64,000 bases of DNA from Lobosporangium transversale (Eukaryota): contig NW_019029003.1 in the NCBI RefSeq assembly GCF_002105155.1, positions 496,001-560,000 on the forward strand, in the 5' to 3' direction. The notes beneath the pieces are model-generated. The model ran no database searches. It worked only from the letters and a program-made list of their open reading frames with translations, and was not told the DNA's origin. This document shows positions 42,952-55,508 of the stretch, piece by piece. The stretch's first letter is position 1. Each line of letters starts with the position of its first letter. The translations under genes were made by a program, and so were the position numbers.

Positions 42952-43979
42952 TTAAGCGCGGCAACAGACAGGAATGGGTATAGTCTTTTCAACAAGTTCT
43001 CCACATTCCAGAATCTCATCTACAAGCATTACAAGGTCCAGCTCCCGGATCGTCGGTGGGTTCAACACAACACGGAAGAAAATGGGCAAATAACGCCCCA
43101 AGGGTGCATAATCAATCATGAACATCCCTCTAGTACGGATACGTGCATGAATGGCCTTAATCACCTTTTCCATCCATGCTCTAGCCTCCTCTCGCTCCTC
43201 AGGATCTGTCAAAATTAGACCATGGTCTACTGGTCTAGCAGAAGAAGAAGAAGTAGAAGGCTTTGGGTCGCTATCGATTCCTGCGTGGGCCGTTGATAAT
43301 GAGGCTGATGAGGCTGATGACATTGAATCAGATGACGATAACGAGACAGCAGAGGAATTCGATGGTGATGTCCTAGATGAGGAGTCATGATGTCCATAAA
43401 GTTGACCTGTAATACTGCTGTTGATTAAGGACGCCTCTGACTCTGCCTCTATGTCTGTCTCAACTGCAGGGGCAGTAAAATGTGGCAAAGCAGAGGAGAT
43501 GTGTTGCTCCTGCTGTTGTTGCTCAGCTTCATTCTTCCAGAGGATCTCTGTACCTTGCCAATCAATGAGTCGACTACCTCGAGGTCGGTACCAAAAACAG
43601 ACTTGCAACAGACTAGGTTGAGAGCTCTTTCCATTTTCATCTCCATCTCCAAGACGCAACATCTGAATCCTCTGTCCATGATAATCATCTTGAGTTAAAA
43701 TCTCGATAAATCGCTTCACATTGGAAAGTGATTTCTCAACCCTGGCTTGATATCCAAGCTTGCCATAGTACTTCCATCCCAAAAAGAATTTGATGGCATC
43801 TGACCGACGGCCACATCCTAAGGTTCCATCACCTAGATCGTGACTTTGATCATGAAAAAGATAGTTTGCTTTAAGCGCATTCGCACGTGGAAAGATGGAT
43901 GAATCCTTAACAAGTAATAATGAACACTGTAGAGGTGTTTGAAGCATCTTGTGAGGGTTGATTGTAATCGAGTCAGCCT

Positions 43980-44011
<32 letters not shown>

Positions 44012-45220
44012 GATGAGAGATGGTTAGTTCATCCGTCTATGATAAAAAAACTTTTTTTTTTTTTTTTTTTTTTTTCTTAATTAAAATATAACCCTACCAT
44101 TTCTGAGCCATCCAACAAAGTCTTTGCCAACTCGGGAACAAAAATGGTACAACCTCCCCATGATCCATCGACGTGTAACCAGCAGTTGTACTTTTTCGCA
44201 ATTTCACCACAAGGGCGAATCGGATCGAATGCGCCCAAGACTGTTGTTCCTGCAGTGCAATTGATGAAGAAAGGTGTATGCCCCATTGCAATATGTTCTT
44301 GGATCAAGCGCTCTAAGTAATAAACCAGACAAATGAGGAAAGAAAAGAAAGGGAAGAGAAGAAGTGTAAGAAACAAAAACCACCTCACGAACAGGTAAAA
44401 TGATTTACAAAAAAAAAAAAAAAAAAAAAAAAAACTCACCTAATTCTGAAGGAATCATCGCTCCAGTTGAATCACAGGGGACACAAGCAATGTTCTCTGA
44501 ACCCAAGCCCATAATAACAGCTGATTTCTCCAACGAATAATGCCCTGCACTACTTGTGAAGGCAATTAGTTTCCCATAGGTCGATGTTGATGATGTTGGT
44601 GATATTAAGGACAAGGTAGATGGTTCAGCTAGGGTGATTCCTAATTGTCTCTCCAATTCACGCCGTTCCTGAACAGACCATCGAGGAAAATACCCTCTTT
44701 TTTTAATTTCCGGAAACAATACGTTCCTGGCTGTGACCATTGCTAATTGATTACTGGCACTCCCACCGGGACATGAAAGTCCGCCTGCTAAGGGTCCCGT
44801 GAATCCAAAGAGACGAGCAAGGGCTCGAGTAACGTGGATCTCCATCATTGTGAAAACAGGTGAAACATGATACACATGAGAGTTCCCGTTCAACCCTGAA
44901 AGGAGAAGTTCGGACATGACTCCAATGGGAGAAGAACCTGCATAGAGCTTATCCATGAACCGAGGTGAGAACGTATTGACGCTGTGCTTCAATGTTTGTG
45001 TGATCGTTGGAAAGATTCCTAGAAAAAAAAGGATCTCAGGGAACATTTGTTAATTGAGGTTCCATGTCTGTTACACACACATACATTACCCCTGTTTATT
45101 TATTTTTTCTTACCTTGAGATCCTACACCATGATCCGGCAATGAAAAGTCCATGATCCGCTCCAACTCTTCAGGCTCTTTGTAATCGACCAACAGACCAT
45201 CACTCGCCCTGCTTTGGTCC

Positions 45221-45251
<31 letters not shown>

Positions 45252-45528
45252 AAAAGGTGACATTTGTCAGATTGATAGGGACAGATTGTCAAGGACAGAT
45301 CAGATCGATCGAAGGAGGAAATTTTTTATTTTCGGATTGTCCAAATTTGAAAAACATTAGCCATGCGCGGTGGAAATTAACGTGAGTCAACCGAATAAGA
45401 TAAACAAAGTGACAGAATAAAGAAGGGGAAAGTTTTACAACTTGAATCTTACATTCCACTAGGAGATCTTTCATTCGAGTAATGAGAAAGTCAAGCTCCT
45501 TGGCATCTTCACACAACTCGGCTGGCAT
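42952..45528 (-). CDS. Group II PLP-dependent decarboxylase (glutamate / cysteine-sulfinate / aspartate decarboxylase-like)
   Basis: PRFMDKLY, PGGSASN, HYSLEKSA, TAGTTVLGAFDP, WLHVDGSWGG, PLP lysine motif NPHK and CGRRSDAIK. Five exons inferred. Confidence 0.9.
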
Positions 45529-45684
45529 GTCTTTTTTTTTTTTTTTTTAACTTTGAAGGAGAATGTGAGATCTGAATGAGTAAAGCAACACAATTAACTT
45601 TTAGAAAAAAAAAAAAAAAAAAAAAAAGAAAAGAAAAGTGAAAGATAAAAAGAAAGGTGGAGCAGTTTGTGAGAAAGGAAAGAG

Positions 45685-45715
<31 letters not shown>

Positions 45716-45902
45716 TGGAGAACATCCCCATTTTTAAAAAAGAGATCGCTACTTTTACTATAACTAGCAGCGGAGAACAACAGTAGCAACCTTGTCTACG
45801 TGGACATGATTGTATTATACACAACGGTGTATGTTTCCTATTTTCCTGTCCAAGTTGACTTCCATTGCAATGAGGGATTCTCAGTCACCCAAACCAACAA
45901 AC

Positions 45903-45933
<31 letters not shown>

Positions 45934-46220
45934 TGTCCATCCAATAGGGAATCAGCCCATTATTTATTTTTTTTTTTTTTTTTTTTTTTTTTTCATTTTG
46001 GCAATCTTACGATACCCGCCCAAAAAAACATTCGGCTTTGCTTTGCCCAATAAGAAAATAAAAAAATAAGCCAAGCAGTGGTCGGTTTAATAGTCTGTTA
46101 ACATGTATTGTTTATTTTATACAAGACTAAACATCGAGCTAGAAGATCAAGTAAACAAAAACGTCGTAAAGTCTACGCAAACTTCATCATTCGATCATTA
46201 TTTTTTTCCTCTTCCCTTTT

Positions 46221-48557
46221 TTAGAGACGAACAATAGCTGCTACGCCTCCTTCCGATCCCACAGCCTCGGCTTCCTTCTTGAACCAGTACTCCTCACAAT
46301 CATCCTTTCCAACCCCGGACTCGTTTGTGATCGTCAAGAAGGTCACTGGCCGATCCGTCACAATCATAGGGTGATGCCATACATTCGGCTTATAATTCAC
46401 TCCTTGGCTGTTCTTGACCGTAAAGGCCTTCAAGGTCGTCAAATCAGGTATCCTTCCCTCGGATCCCTCTTGATCTTTTGCCACCACCACTACAAATCCA
46501 CCATTACCATCTCCACCCATCGGAACAAACATCTGAGATGAATAAGGATGTCTCTCTAGCAATCGCACCCCAATCTCCTGGGTTTCAATGGGCTTGTAAC
46601 ATTGGAAGATGGCAATGTTAGCAGTAGCAGGAACAATGTTGGCAGGATAGGGTCTGTCCAAACACTTTTTCTGGCTATTGTTGCTATTTTCCATCATCAG
46701 CTTGTTTTGGTCCTGGATCGCTTCCTCATTTAACGCATAGGAGCGCCAGTTTGCAAAATGGCCAATATGTGAGAACTTTTGAGCCGTTCCCTGGTTCACC
46801 TTGATAGCATTTGGGTCGTATAGAGGTACCTCAATGACTTGACCCCAAGGTTCGAACGCGGCCTTTGTAATCGGTTCAGCTTGAATGGTCAACAAGTTCC
46901 ATGTGTGCTCATCTGGCAAGGGCTGTGTCTTACCAATGGAGCTTGTCTCAGGGATGGGATGAGCAGGCCAGGATTGTGATCCAAAGACACGAACACGCTT
47001 GATCCCACCATCGGGAATCATGACCACCTTGATAGTCGAAATCAGGTTGTTTGCACTGATCGGTTCAGGGATTGAGAAAATATGTTGCTTATGGGGTTTG
47101 ACAGGGACTTGATCCAACAAGACAACAGGATTCTCTTCAAGAGTATCCGAGGCAGTAAAGCCAAGAAGAGTGACGCACTTTGGAGGGTTGCCCATATAAT
47201 GAGCAGTGTCGATCTCAACCAACACAGGATGACCAGGGACTCCCAATCTTTTTTTTTTTTTTTTTTTTTTTTTTTTGTTTTTATTTTTTTTTTTTTTATA
47301 GAAAAGAATAAAAGAATATAAAAGTTAGTTAGTTTTGAAGTAAACTTTTAAGATCAACGCGAAACCTTTCATTCAAGATACTTATAAAACTATCAATAAG
47401 CTTTTTTTTTTGTTACCTGATCAAGCACCAGTCAACATGGCCAGGAGCGCGCGATCGCTTAGTCTCCCATCCATCCGACATATCACTGCCACGTCCAGGG
47501 AGCAATAGGTTCGAAGGATGGCCAAAATGAGCGTCTGAGAACGCCTTCACCTGGCCACCGGCCCCCACAGCAGCCAAGTCAAATATCTCGGCCTTATCTT
47601 CCGGCAAAATTTGGTGGACCTTACCATAGACTCTCAAACGAGCCGCCCCACCATCAGGGAACATTCTGAATCGGATATGGGTATAGAAAGACGTGGTAGG
47701 CTGAGCCAATTTGAAACCATGACGCGAATCAGGATTCAAGGCCACTTTAGGCAAGATGGGGACCCAGTGAGGACCGGCAGTACCACCGATAGCCTTGGCC
47801 CATCCCCCATTCAAAGTCGTCCTTCCAACGCTCTTTGCATCATCCCCATCACCATTAACGTCAGTACCTTGACCATAACCATTATCACAACCATTATCAG
47901 CCTTCTCAGAGCTAGCTGCCACCAAACCCTCCACAGACACAAAAGGAGAGTGATTTCCCGTAAAGAAGGCGGTATCGAACTCGAACCCTGCAATCGTACC
48001 AGGGTAACCCAACTGAATCACGCACCTGCCCATTATTATCATTGTAAAGGTTAGAAATGGGGAATTAGCCTAATAAACGCGAGTAAAGCAAATCAACATA
48101 TATATGTACAATGATAAAGTAGCTTACCAATCATAGTCAGGTCCATGGCGACGGGTCTCCCAGCCATCAAACCAAGCTCCTTTGGGGGTAAAGTGGCCCT
48201 TACGCGAGATGGGGGCAGTAGGGGTGAGCAGGTTATGAGCCTCTGCAAACCACTCATCGGACACCGCTAAGACCTTGCCACCTCGTGTTTTGACAGCAAG
48301 GTCTGAATAAGGAGGAAAAAAAAAAAAAAAAAAAAAAAAGTGTTAAGGAAGAAAGAAAGAAAAGCTTTTTACTTTCCGAGTAAAGAAATTAAAGAGAGGA
48401 AAAACTCACCAACATAATCGCAGAAGGCAGTGTCGATCTCCTCAACAGGAATAATCTCATAGGCAATAGCAGCAGAAGCAGAAGCAGCAGCCTTGAGAGG
48501 ACTCACTATCGGAAGGATAATGGACGAAGAAGTAGTCACAGTGGAAGCTGGAGACAT
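46221..48557 (-). CDS. DAL2: Allantoicase fused to a C-terminal ureidoglycolate lyase (Dal2-Dal3 fusion)
   Basis: Two allantoicase repeats (WFDGWETRRH...DTAFFTGN...FPDGGAARLRVYG; DGWETKRSR...DTAHYMGN...IPDGGIKRVRVFG), followed in the same exon and frame by AEPITKAAFEPWGQVI, NQGTA, LERHPYSSQMFVPM and QGVNYKPNVWHHPM (AllA/Dal3). Confidence 0.9.
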
Positions 48558-49332
48558 TGAGGGCAATGTTCAAATTTCTTTTCGGGGGGGGTGGGTGCAG
48601 ACCGTGCAAAGGAAAGGGAATTGGTTGTTTTTAGTTTAGAGAGGGTATAGGGTATGAGCTATGGATGGAGGGGGATTGTGCTTAGAAGCGACCGTTAGAT
48701 AACTCGAATTCGGAACTATGAAGTATGAGTTGAAGAAAAGAAAAAGAAAAAAAGAAAAGGAACGACTCTTTTTTATACATGAGAGTTATCCTCAAAAAGT
48801 GGTACATGAGTGACACCTTTTTTTTCCCGCTTCTTTCTCTAATAAAAAACTCTCTCTTCATTTTCTCCCTACAGAACAACTAGATACGAAACAACATTGA
48901 GCGGAGAGCTACGCGTCGCTCAAACAAAAGTACATGTGTGGATATCATTATCAAAAGTGAGCAAATGCTGTCTAAGAAGGGGAAGCTTGACTAAGCCATT
49001 GACCCCACTGGCACTCAACATCTCGGAGAGAGGGAATAAAAAATGAGTAAGTGGTGTCAGTTGTAAGAGGGGGTTTATCTTTTTGATATTTTTGTCATTT
49101 AGTATCTAACACGATCCATGCTGACTTTTGCTTCTATTGGGCTTTTGAATCATATTAGGCCAAAGAGATAGAAAACTGGACGAGCATGGGGCAACGGTAG
49201 AGTGAATAGTCAATATATACTATGTTACAGGACCTATGAATTAAACGACCTTTAACTTTATTTTTATTACATGGAGAAAGTAGGAGCAATGTTTATAAAA
49301 TGGGCGGAATAGGAACTACCCAACGCATGTTG

Positions 49333-49363
<31 letters not shown>

Positions 49364-49698
49364 TGCACGATCCACTAAATTTGAATAAAGCGGAGCAGAG
49401 TGGAGCAGAGTAAAGTAAAAGAGCCATGAAGGCTACCCAAGTTTTGTTTGTTTTGTCCGCATGGATACTGATTCTGGTAGTGGGGACGATGGATAGTCGT
49501 AATCGTAGTTGTAGTAGTTGTAGTTGGTAGTGCAGCTTAGCCCGCGTTGGTGGAGGGTGGCGCCACCAGTTCAAAAGGGTCTAAAAAAAAAAAAAATTCC
49601 CGCCTTTGTCCGTTCCGCGTATCCCCCAAAAATAATATTAGAAAAAAAAAAAAAAAATTCCCCGTGCTTTATTCCAAAGACAATGAATCTTTACTGAT

Positions 49699-49730
<32 letters not shown>

Positions 49731-50836
49731 GAACTTGTGTCTGTATACCTGTATGCGTGTTTAACAAATATAATATATGCCCCGCACTCCTTTATACATC
49801 TTTTTTTTATCTTCTTTCTATACATTGCTCCAAGATTATCTGGATAAAGTTGTGTTGTATATGTGTACAGTGATCGACATTTCAGTGTCGATCACAATTA
49901 TATCAACAGTGAGATAAAGGGTTCATGAAATCGCGATCCGCGACCCAACGCATGTCTTTTCGATCTTAAATAATCATGGATGTATTATTGCTTTTTTTTT
50001 TTTCATTCATTTAATGTACCAAGTCGCGTCTCAAGATACATTCACATGTACATATGCATCTATCTAACATCTAACATATAACATCTAGGCAACTAGGAGA
50101 GAGGGCAAATGACAAGTGTGTGCTAGACTACATGGTAGTTTAGGTCTTACGTACATTTATGCGCGGGACAAGTAGTATATAGATGTCATGTCATGTGCTG
50201 TGCATGTACGCATGTGAATGGGCCTGTGGGCGTGTGGGCGTGAAATTGTGCCCGGGGGGTTTTTTTTGCACTGCCAAAAAGCTTGCACTAGGCTTGGGCT
50301 TGGGCTGAAACGAATATCTTTTTTATTATTCTCCTTTCTCCTTAATGTCTCAGAGATAAAACCTGGTGGAAAAAAGAAGCAGCATGTTGTACTACATAGT
50401 CTAGAACGATATGTATATTTATAACAACAAACATACATGTACAACGTATTATTTAGTGATGACCATTTATTTTGATGCAAGGGGAGGAGATCACAAAAGC
50501 ATTTTGAAGAGCCGATGAAACTCGTTGTCGTTGTCGTCGCGTTTATTGCCCTTGTTCCTGTTCTTGTCCTTGCTCTTGCTCTTATTCTTGTTTGTTGGTC
50601 CCCTTTCCATTGTATAGCATAAACAGATATTCTTTTTTCACATTCACGATGATATTCATATACACAAAAAATTATAAGGGAATAAACATATGTATAACAA
50701 GTATGATTCACTGGTTTATGAAAATATTTTTCTTTCTTTCTTTTTTCATTGATTGATGTTCAAAGGAAGCTAATGTAACATAATGTATATAAAGTACTGT
50801 CAAAAGATATATTACTAGCATGGAAATTGGTTTTTC

Positions 50837-51079
50837 CTCCCTTCCATTGTCTTGTAATAATAACAACCTCTTTTCTTTTTTATTCCTTTCTTGATGCCAG
50901 GATTAAAAAATGCCCTTTGTGAAGCGGATAAAATTAATTCAACGGTTGCATATTAAAAAATAAAGATCGAGTAAAAACGTAGTCGATCTAGTGGAACCTT
51001 TCTTTTTTTTTTTTTCTTCTTTACTTCGCCACAAAAGCTCAACCAGGCAGGGTCCTAACGGCCAGGATTCTTTAGAAAA
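50837..51079 (+). repeat. Dispersed repeat, copy 1 (copy 2 at 60190-60397)
   Basis: Shared blocks AGCGGATAAAATTAwTTCAACG (21/22 identical) and CACAAAAGCTCAmCCAGGCAGGGyCCTAA (27/29 identical), collinear in both copies. Confidence 0.8.
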
Positions 51080-51945
51080 CATTTTTATGTTGAAACGGAT
51101 AGAGTTGGGCTGTTTGTTAGATTGTCAGACTATGTAGACCCTGGTTTAAAAAAATCTATGCAGATGAAGCAAATTTTCACACTAAAGCTTCTCTCCTCTT
51201 TCCTGTTAGGTTAGGCTGTTTATTATTATTGATCACAAAAAAAAAAAAAGGGATGGCTTTGTTTTTTTTACGTGCTATGCAAAAGGAAGACAATTCCAGG
51301 AAATCCATTCTCCTCTTTTACATGTATAAACCTTCCTTACTCGAAACAAGGTTCGGGTAACACCTTCTGGAGAATGAAGTGGCGAGAGGGAGAGGGAGAC
51401 AATGCACAAACCTATTGTTGATACATTTTTAAACATAAAATGTTGTACATGTCCAGGACAAGTTCAGCATAGAGTTCATGCACAGTACATGTTCCAGTAT
51501 CCAGGGGTGCATACACTCCAATGTTAAAATTCCTGCCGTTTCCTCGGTAACAAAAAAAAAAAAAAAAAAAAAAAAAATCCAAACAGTGTCCATGACTATC
51601 CTTTACTGTCCATTACGCAGCCAACATTGCAATGAATCTTCAGACATCAACCGATGTTGTGATTACAAGATTGATTTATGCTAGCCCTCCCCCTTCAACT
51701 GTTTCAGCGCTATGGGCCATGATGTGTGCGCTGTTCAGAGGAAGGGCAGTGCGCGTTCGTGTTTGTCGTCGACTTTTTTTTCATCGGCGATGAAAATTCC
51801 TGTCATCGCCCACGTTTAATAAATGAAAAAGGGAGGAGTATTTTTTTTTCCGTTGTTTCACCTTTTGTTTTTTTGGCTGGCTAGTTTTTACTTTGTTGGT
51901 TAAGGGCGGATGGATTGGCTAGGTTGACTAGATTGGCTGTTTTTC

Positions 51946-51997
<52 letters not shown>

Positions 51998-52087
51998 TTT
52001 CTTTCTTTAACCAGGACCCTGACCTGACCTGACCTAGCCTGACCTGACCTGACCTAGCCTGACCTGACCTGACCTGACTTGATCTGA
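51946..52087. repeat. (TTTC)n followed by a (CCTGA/CCTAG)n microsatellite
   Basis: Read directly from the sequence. Confidence 0.85.
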
Positions 52088-52182
52088 ATAAGTGACTTTC
52101 CTTAGGCTTGCACAACATGTTGGATGAATATGTCTTGTTGTGTCTCGTGTGCATGTCTTTTTTAAGAAATAGAAGGAGAAAC

Positions 52183-52214
<32 letters not shown>

Positions 52215-55200
52215 CTTTGCTTGTTTGTTTGTTTGTTACAATGATGACAAAACAAATAAACAAAAAAAAAACACTGAGCGGGGGATAACAAAAGAACAAA
52301 AGATCCCAATGCTTTTTGCTCTGCTTTGTTTTTAGAATACCAAAATGCCAGTGCGCTCATTTTTTTTTTTTTTTTGTTTTGTCCAGTGGATGATGATGAT
52401 GATGATGACAGGCGGGAAAAATAAAAAAAACCTATTCCAATCCAGAGAATTTTATAACGGTAGGAGTTCTAATCCAAATCCAAATCCAAATCCAAATCCA
52501 AATTCAAATTCAAATTCATAGCAATTGGGAATTTATTTTCGATCATGGAGTATCCGATGCTGTGTATGATTGGAATGATCACTTCATAGAATACATCATC
52601 AGAACAACAACTTTTTTTTTTTTTTTTTTTACATCTAACCGTTAGAATAACAAAAGCTCTATTAGTTTATTTTTTTATTTTCTGTGCTACGGGATCTTGC
52701 GATTGTATTTTGAGCGATCCCTGAATAAGAGTAACCTTTTACAAAGACAAAAAGCATCATCTCGCATTCCACATTACGTTCGGCCGGAAAAAAAAAAAAA
52801 AAAACAAGCTAAAGAAAGAATAACCTGAAGAGAGCAAAAAAAAAAAAAAAAAGGTACTGCGATCTATCATCTATCATAGTATATGTATATAGTGCAATGA
52901 TGAGATAGATGATTAGGGAGTAAAAAGCGCGCACGAAGCAAGTATGCAATATGCAAGAACCCTTTAAACATCACACAACACATATGCTTTCTTACGAGAA
53001 CTTTTTTTTTTTTTTTTTTTTTTTTTTTGGTTCCTTGGTTCCATTGATTATCTCCTTCTAGTTGGCCCGAACCCTCCCTGCATCATCTCCCATCTTCATC
53101 TCGGCAAGGAGACAAAGAGAAGAGAGCCGCTTGGAAGGTCAAGCTTAGATCACCTGACGAATGAGGAAATAGATCCCAGGGGAATAGATCCCAGAAGGAG
53201 GGAAAAGGATAGACACTAGGGGAGTGAGTAAGGCTCCCTTCTTTTTTTTTTTAGGAAACAAGAAAAAGACGTGTCATTGTGCGCGTATTATTTCTACTAG
53301 ATAAATCTACAAAGATCTAGATGTCATTGTACCATTGCATTCCTATTCCATTCGTCCATAGTCTTACTTTAACCTTCATAGGATAAACCTTCAAAAGGAA
53401 CCAATGACCCTGAACCAATTCTAAATGAGTAAAAAAAAAATAAAAAAAAAAAAAAAAAAAGCAGAGAGAGGCAAATCAATGAGCAAGGGCAAGGGCAAGC
53501 AAGGAAATATATACCATGATAAGAATGAGAGAATGTCAGGAAGAAAAGGGAAATTAAGAACTGGGGCTAGATTGTACATGTACATGTATAGTCCATACAT
53601 GTTCATGTAGTATAAAGGAAGCAAAAGTAACTGGTGCACAGGAAAACTTTACAGCAAATGAACCAACGTTGAAAAGACAGTTTGATAAAAATATTCAGAC
53701 ATCTGGAGCACGCACACACACACATTTGTATACAGTATAAATATATATTTATACAGCAGGCAGAGTCTATGGTGGAGCAGACAGAGCAGACAGAGCTTGA
53801 GAAGGTTTTCTGGTGCATAACACACATTCTGTAAAAATAACACATTGTGGTACCTCAGAGGTCTTGCCCAGCAAATCGATTCAGCAATCCCTTTGTTGCA
53901 CCCTTTGCGCTATTTGGACTAATTGCAGCGTTTATAATAGCGTGCTATGGGTAGATGGGTAGAGCAGCTCCTTTAAAAAAGACTTGTGCTCATTCAGGAC
54001 AAACGAACAAAGGCGGCTGAGAAAAAATAAGACACAAATAGAGCAGATTGAAAAAAAAAAAAAAAAAAAAAAGTCATTGCTAGAGAGGTAGAGACAAAGA
54101 GGACTATAGTCAGGTTAGTCTACTATACCGAGCGAATCAGAGCAAAAGGGTCTTTTGCCCTCTTAATGGGTCAATGGATGTGCAATGGTTGGGTAAGTGA
54201 AAGAAAAAAAAAAAATTGTTCGCGTTGAACTTGCTAGACTAAGCAAAGGCTGAATATAAGCAATTATAAAGAAGGGTTTGGATGTATAAGCAATGTGTAA
54301 TGGACTACTTGTAGTTTGTCTATCACCATAGTTCAAAAAGGTCAAAGCCATAGTCGTCAATATCATCATCATCATCATCATCATCATCATACATTTTCTT
54401 TTCTTTTAAACATTACTTGTCATCATTATCAAAAAATTTCTTTAATTGTCAAGCAATTCTGCTGTCATTTCGTTTTTTTATTTTTTTTATTTATTTATCT
54501 ATTCCTCTCTTTATTACATTTGAGATGAGAAAAACTAGGTTTCTTTTTCATAAAGTTTTCATTGGAGTTGCCGAGTCGGATATTCTCAAGTATTCGCAGA
54601 AATTGAGGATATTGGTGGATATTGCAGTGTCTTTGAGAGCAAGAATTAAAAAGAAAAGAGATAGGAACCGTCGGATTATGATAAGCCCGGGTATGAGAAG
54701 AGCTGTGTTTGGTCCGTCAAAGAAGTTGGATGTGAAATTGGAAATTTAATTGACCAATTTGTCTGAAGGTGTGAATAAGATGTATATTGAACATGGATAT
54801 GGATGTTACTGTGAGTGAACATCAAGCCTTGATTCCCAATCAATGCTTCCTTGTTATTCCACTGGGATTTATAATATTTGCCCTCACTCTTTTTTTTTTT
54901 TTTTTTTTTTTTTTTACAGCATACAACACATTAGGATAGACAACAATAAGAACAGAGAGGTATTGAATAAGGATGCGATTGTATTGAGTAGGATTGAATG
55001 GGAGTGAGTTGAGTGCAATTTAAAATTCTTTTGGACAAATAAAATATAAAACATAAGAAATATAACGAAATAAAATAAAACAAAGACTTGATTATGTACT
55101 GTTCAGCAAGTGTATATATCGATATCGATATATACAATATATAAAACACAATAAAATAAAATAAAAAATAAAATAAAATGTATATCACCTCACTGGACAG

Positions 55201-55350
55201 ACTAGAAAAGACCTCTTTTGCTTACTCTCTCTGTGGAGACATTATAAAACCATTCCTTTTCTCCTCTCTTTTTTCTTTTCTTTTTCTTTTCTTTTCTTCA
55301 TACGTTCATACATTCACACATTGTCCTTTCTCTCTTTCTCTGTCTTTTTC

Positions 55351-55354
<4 letters not shown>

Positions 55355-55394
<40 letters not shown>

Positions 55395-55428
55395 ATCAAT
55401 CTCTTTCTCTGTCTACTACTATTACTAT

Positions 55429-55464
<36 letters not shown>
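55355..55464. repeat. (CT)n and imperfect (CTA)n microsatellites just upstream of the secreted-protein ATG
   Basis: Read directly from the sequence. Confidence 0.85.
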
Positions 55465-55466
<2 letters not shown>

Positions 55467-55508
55467 ACTACAAAGAACTTCGACGAACCACATCTACAAC
55501 CACACACA

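Noticed and set aside
42952..42966. CaaX prenylation motif (CCRA) on the decarboxylase
   Set aside because: Arg at the a2 position is unfavourable, and there is no other support.
53148..53192. Minimal hammerhead ribozyme (CTGACGA...GAAA)
   Set aside because: Stems I and III cannot be formed adjacent to the core.
49293..55300. Many 60-180-aa ORFs rich in poly-F/poly-K
   Set aside because: Translations of homopolymers and microsatellites with no coding signal.
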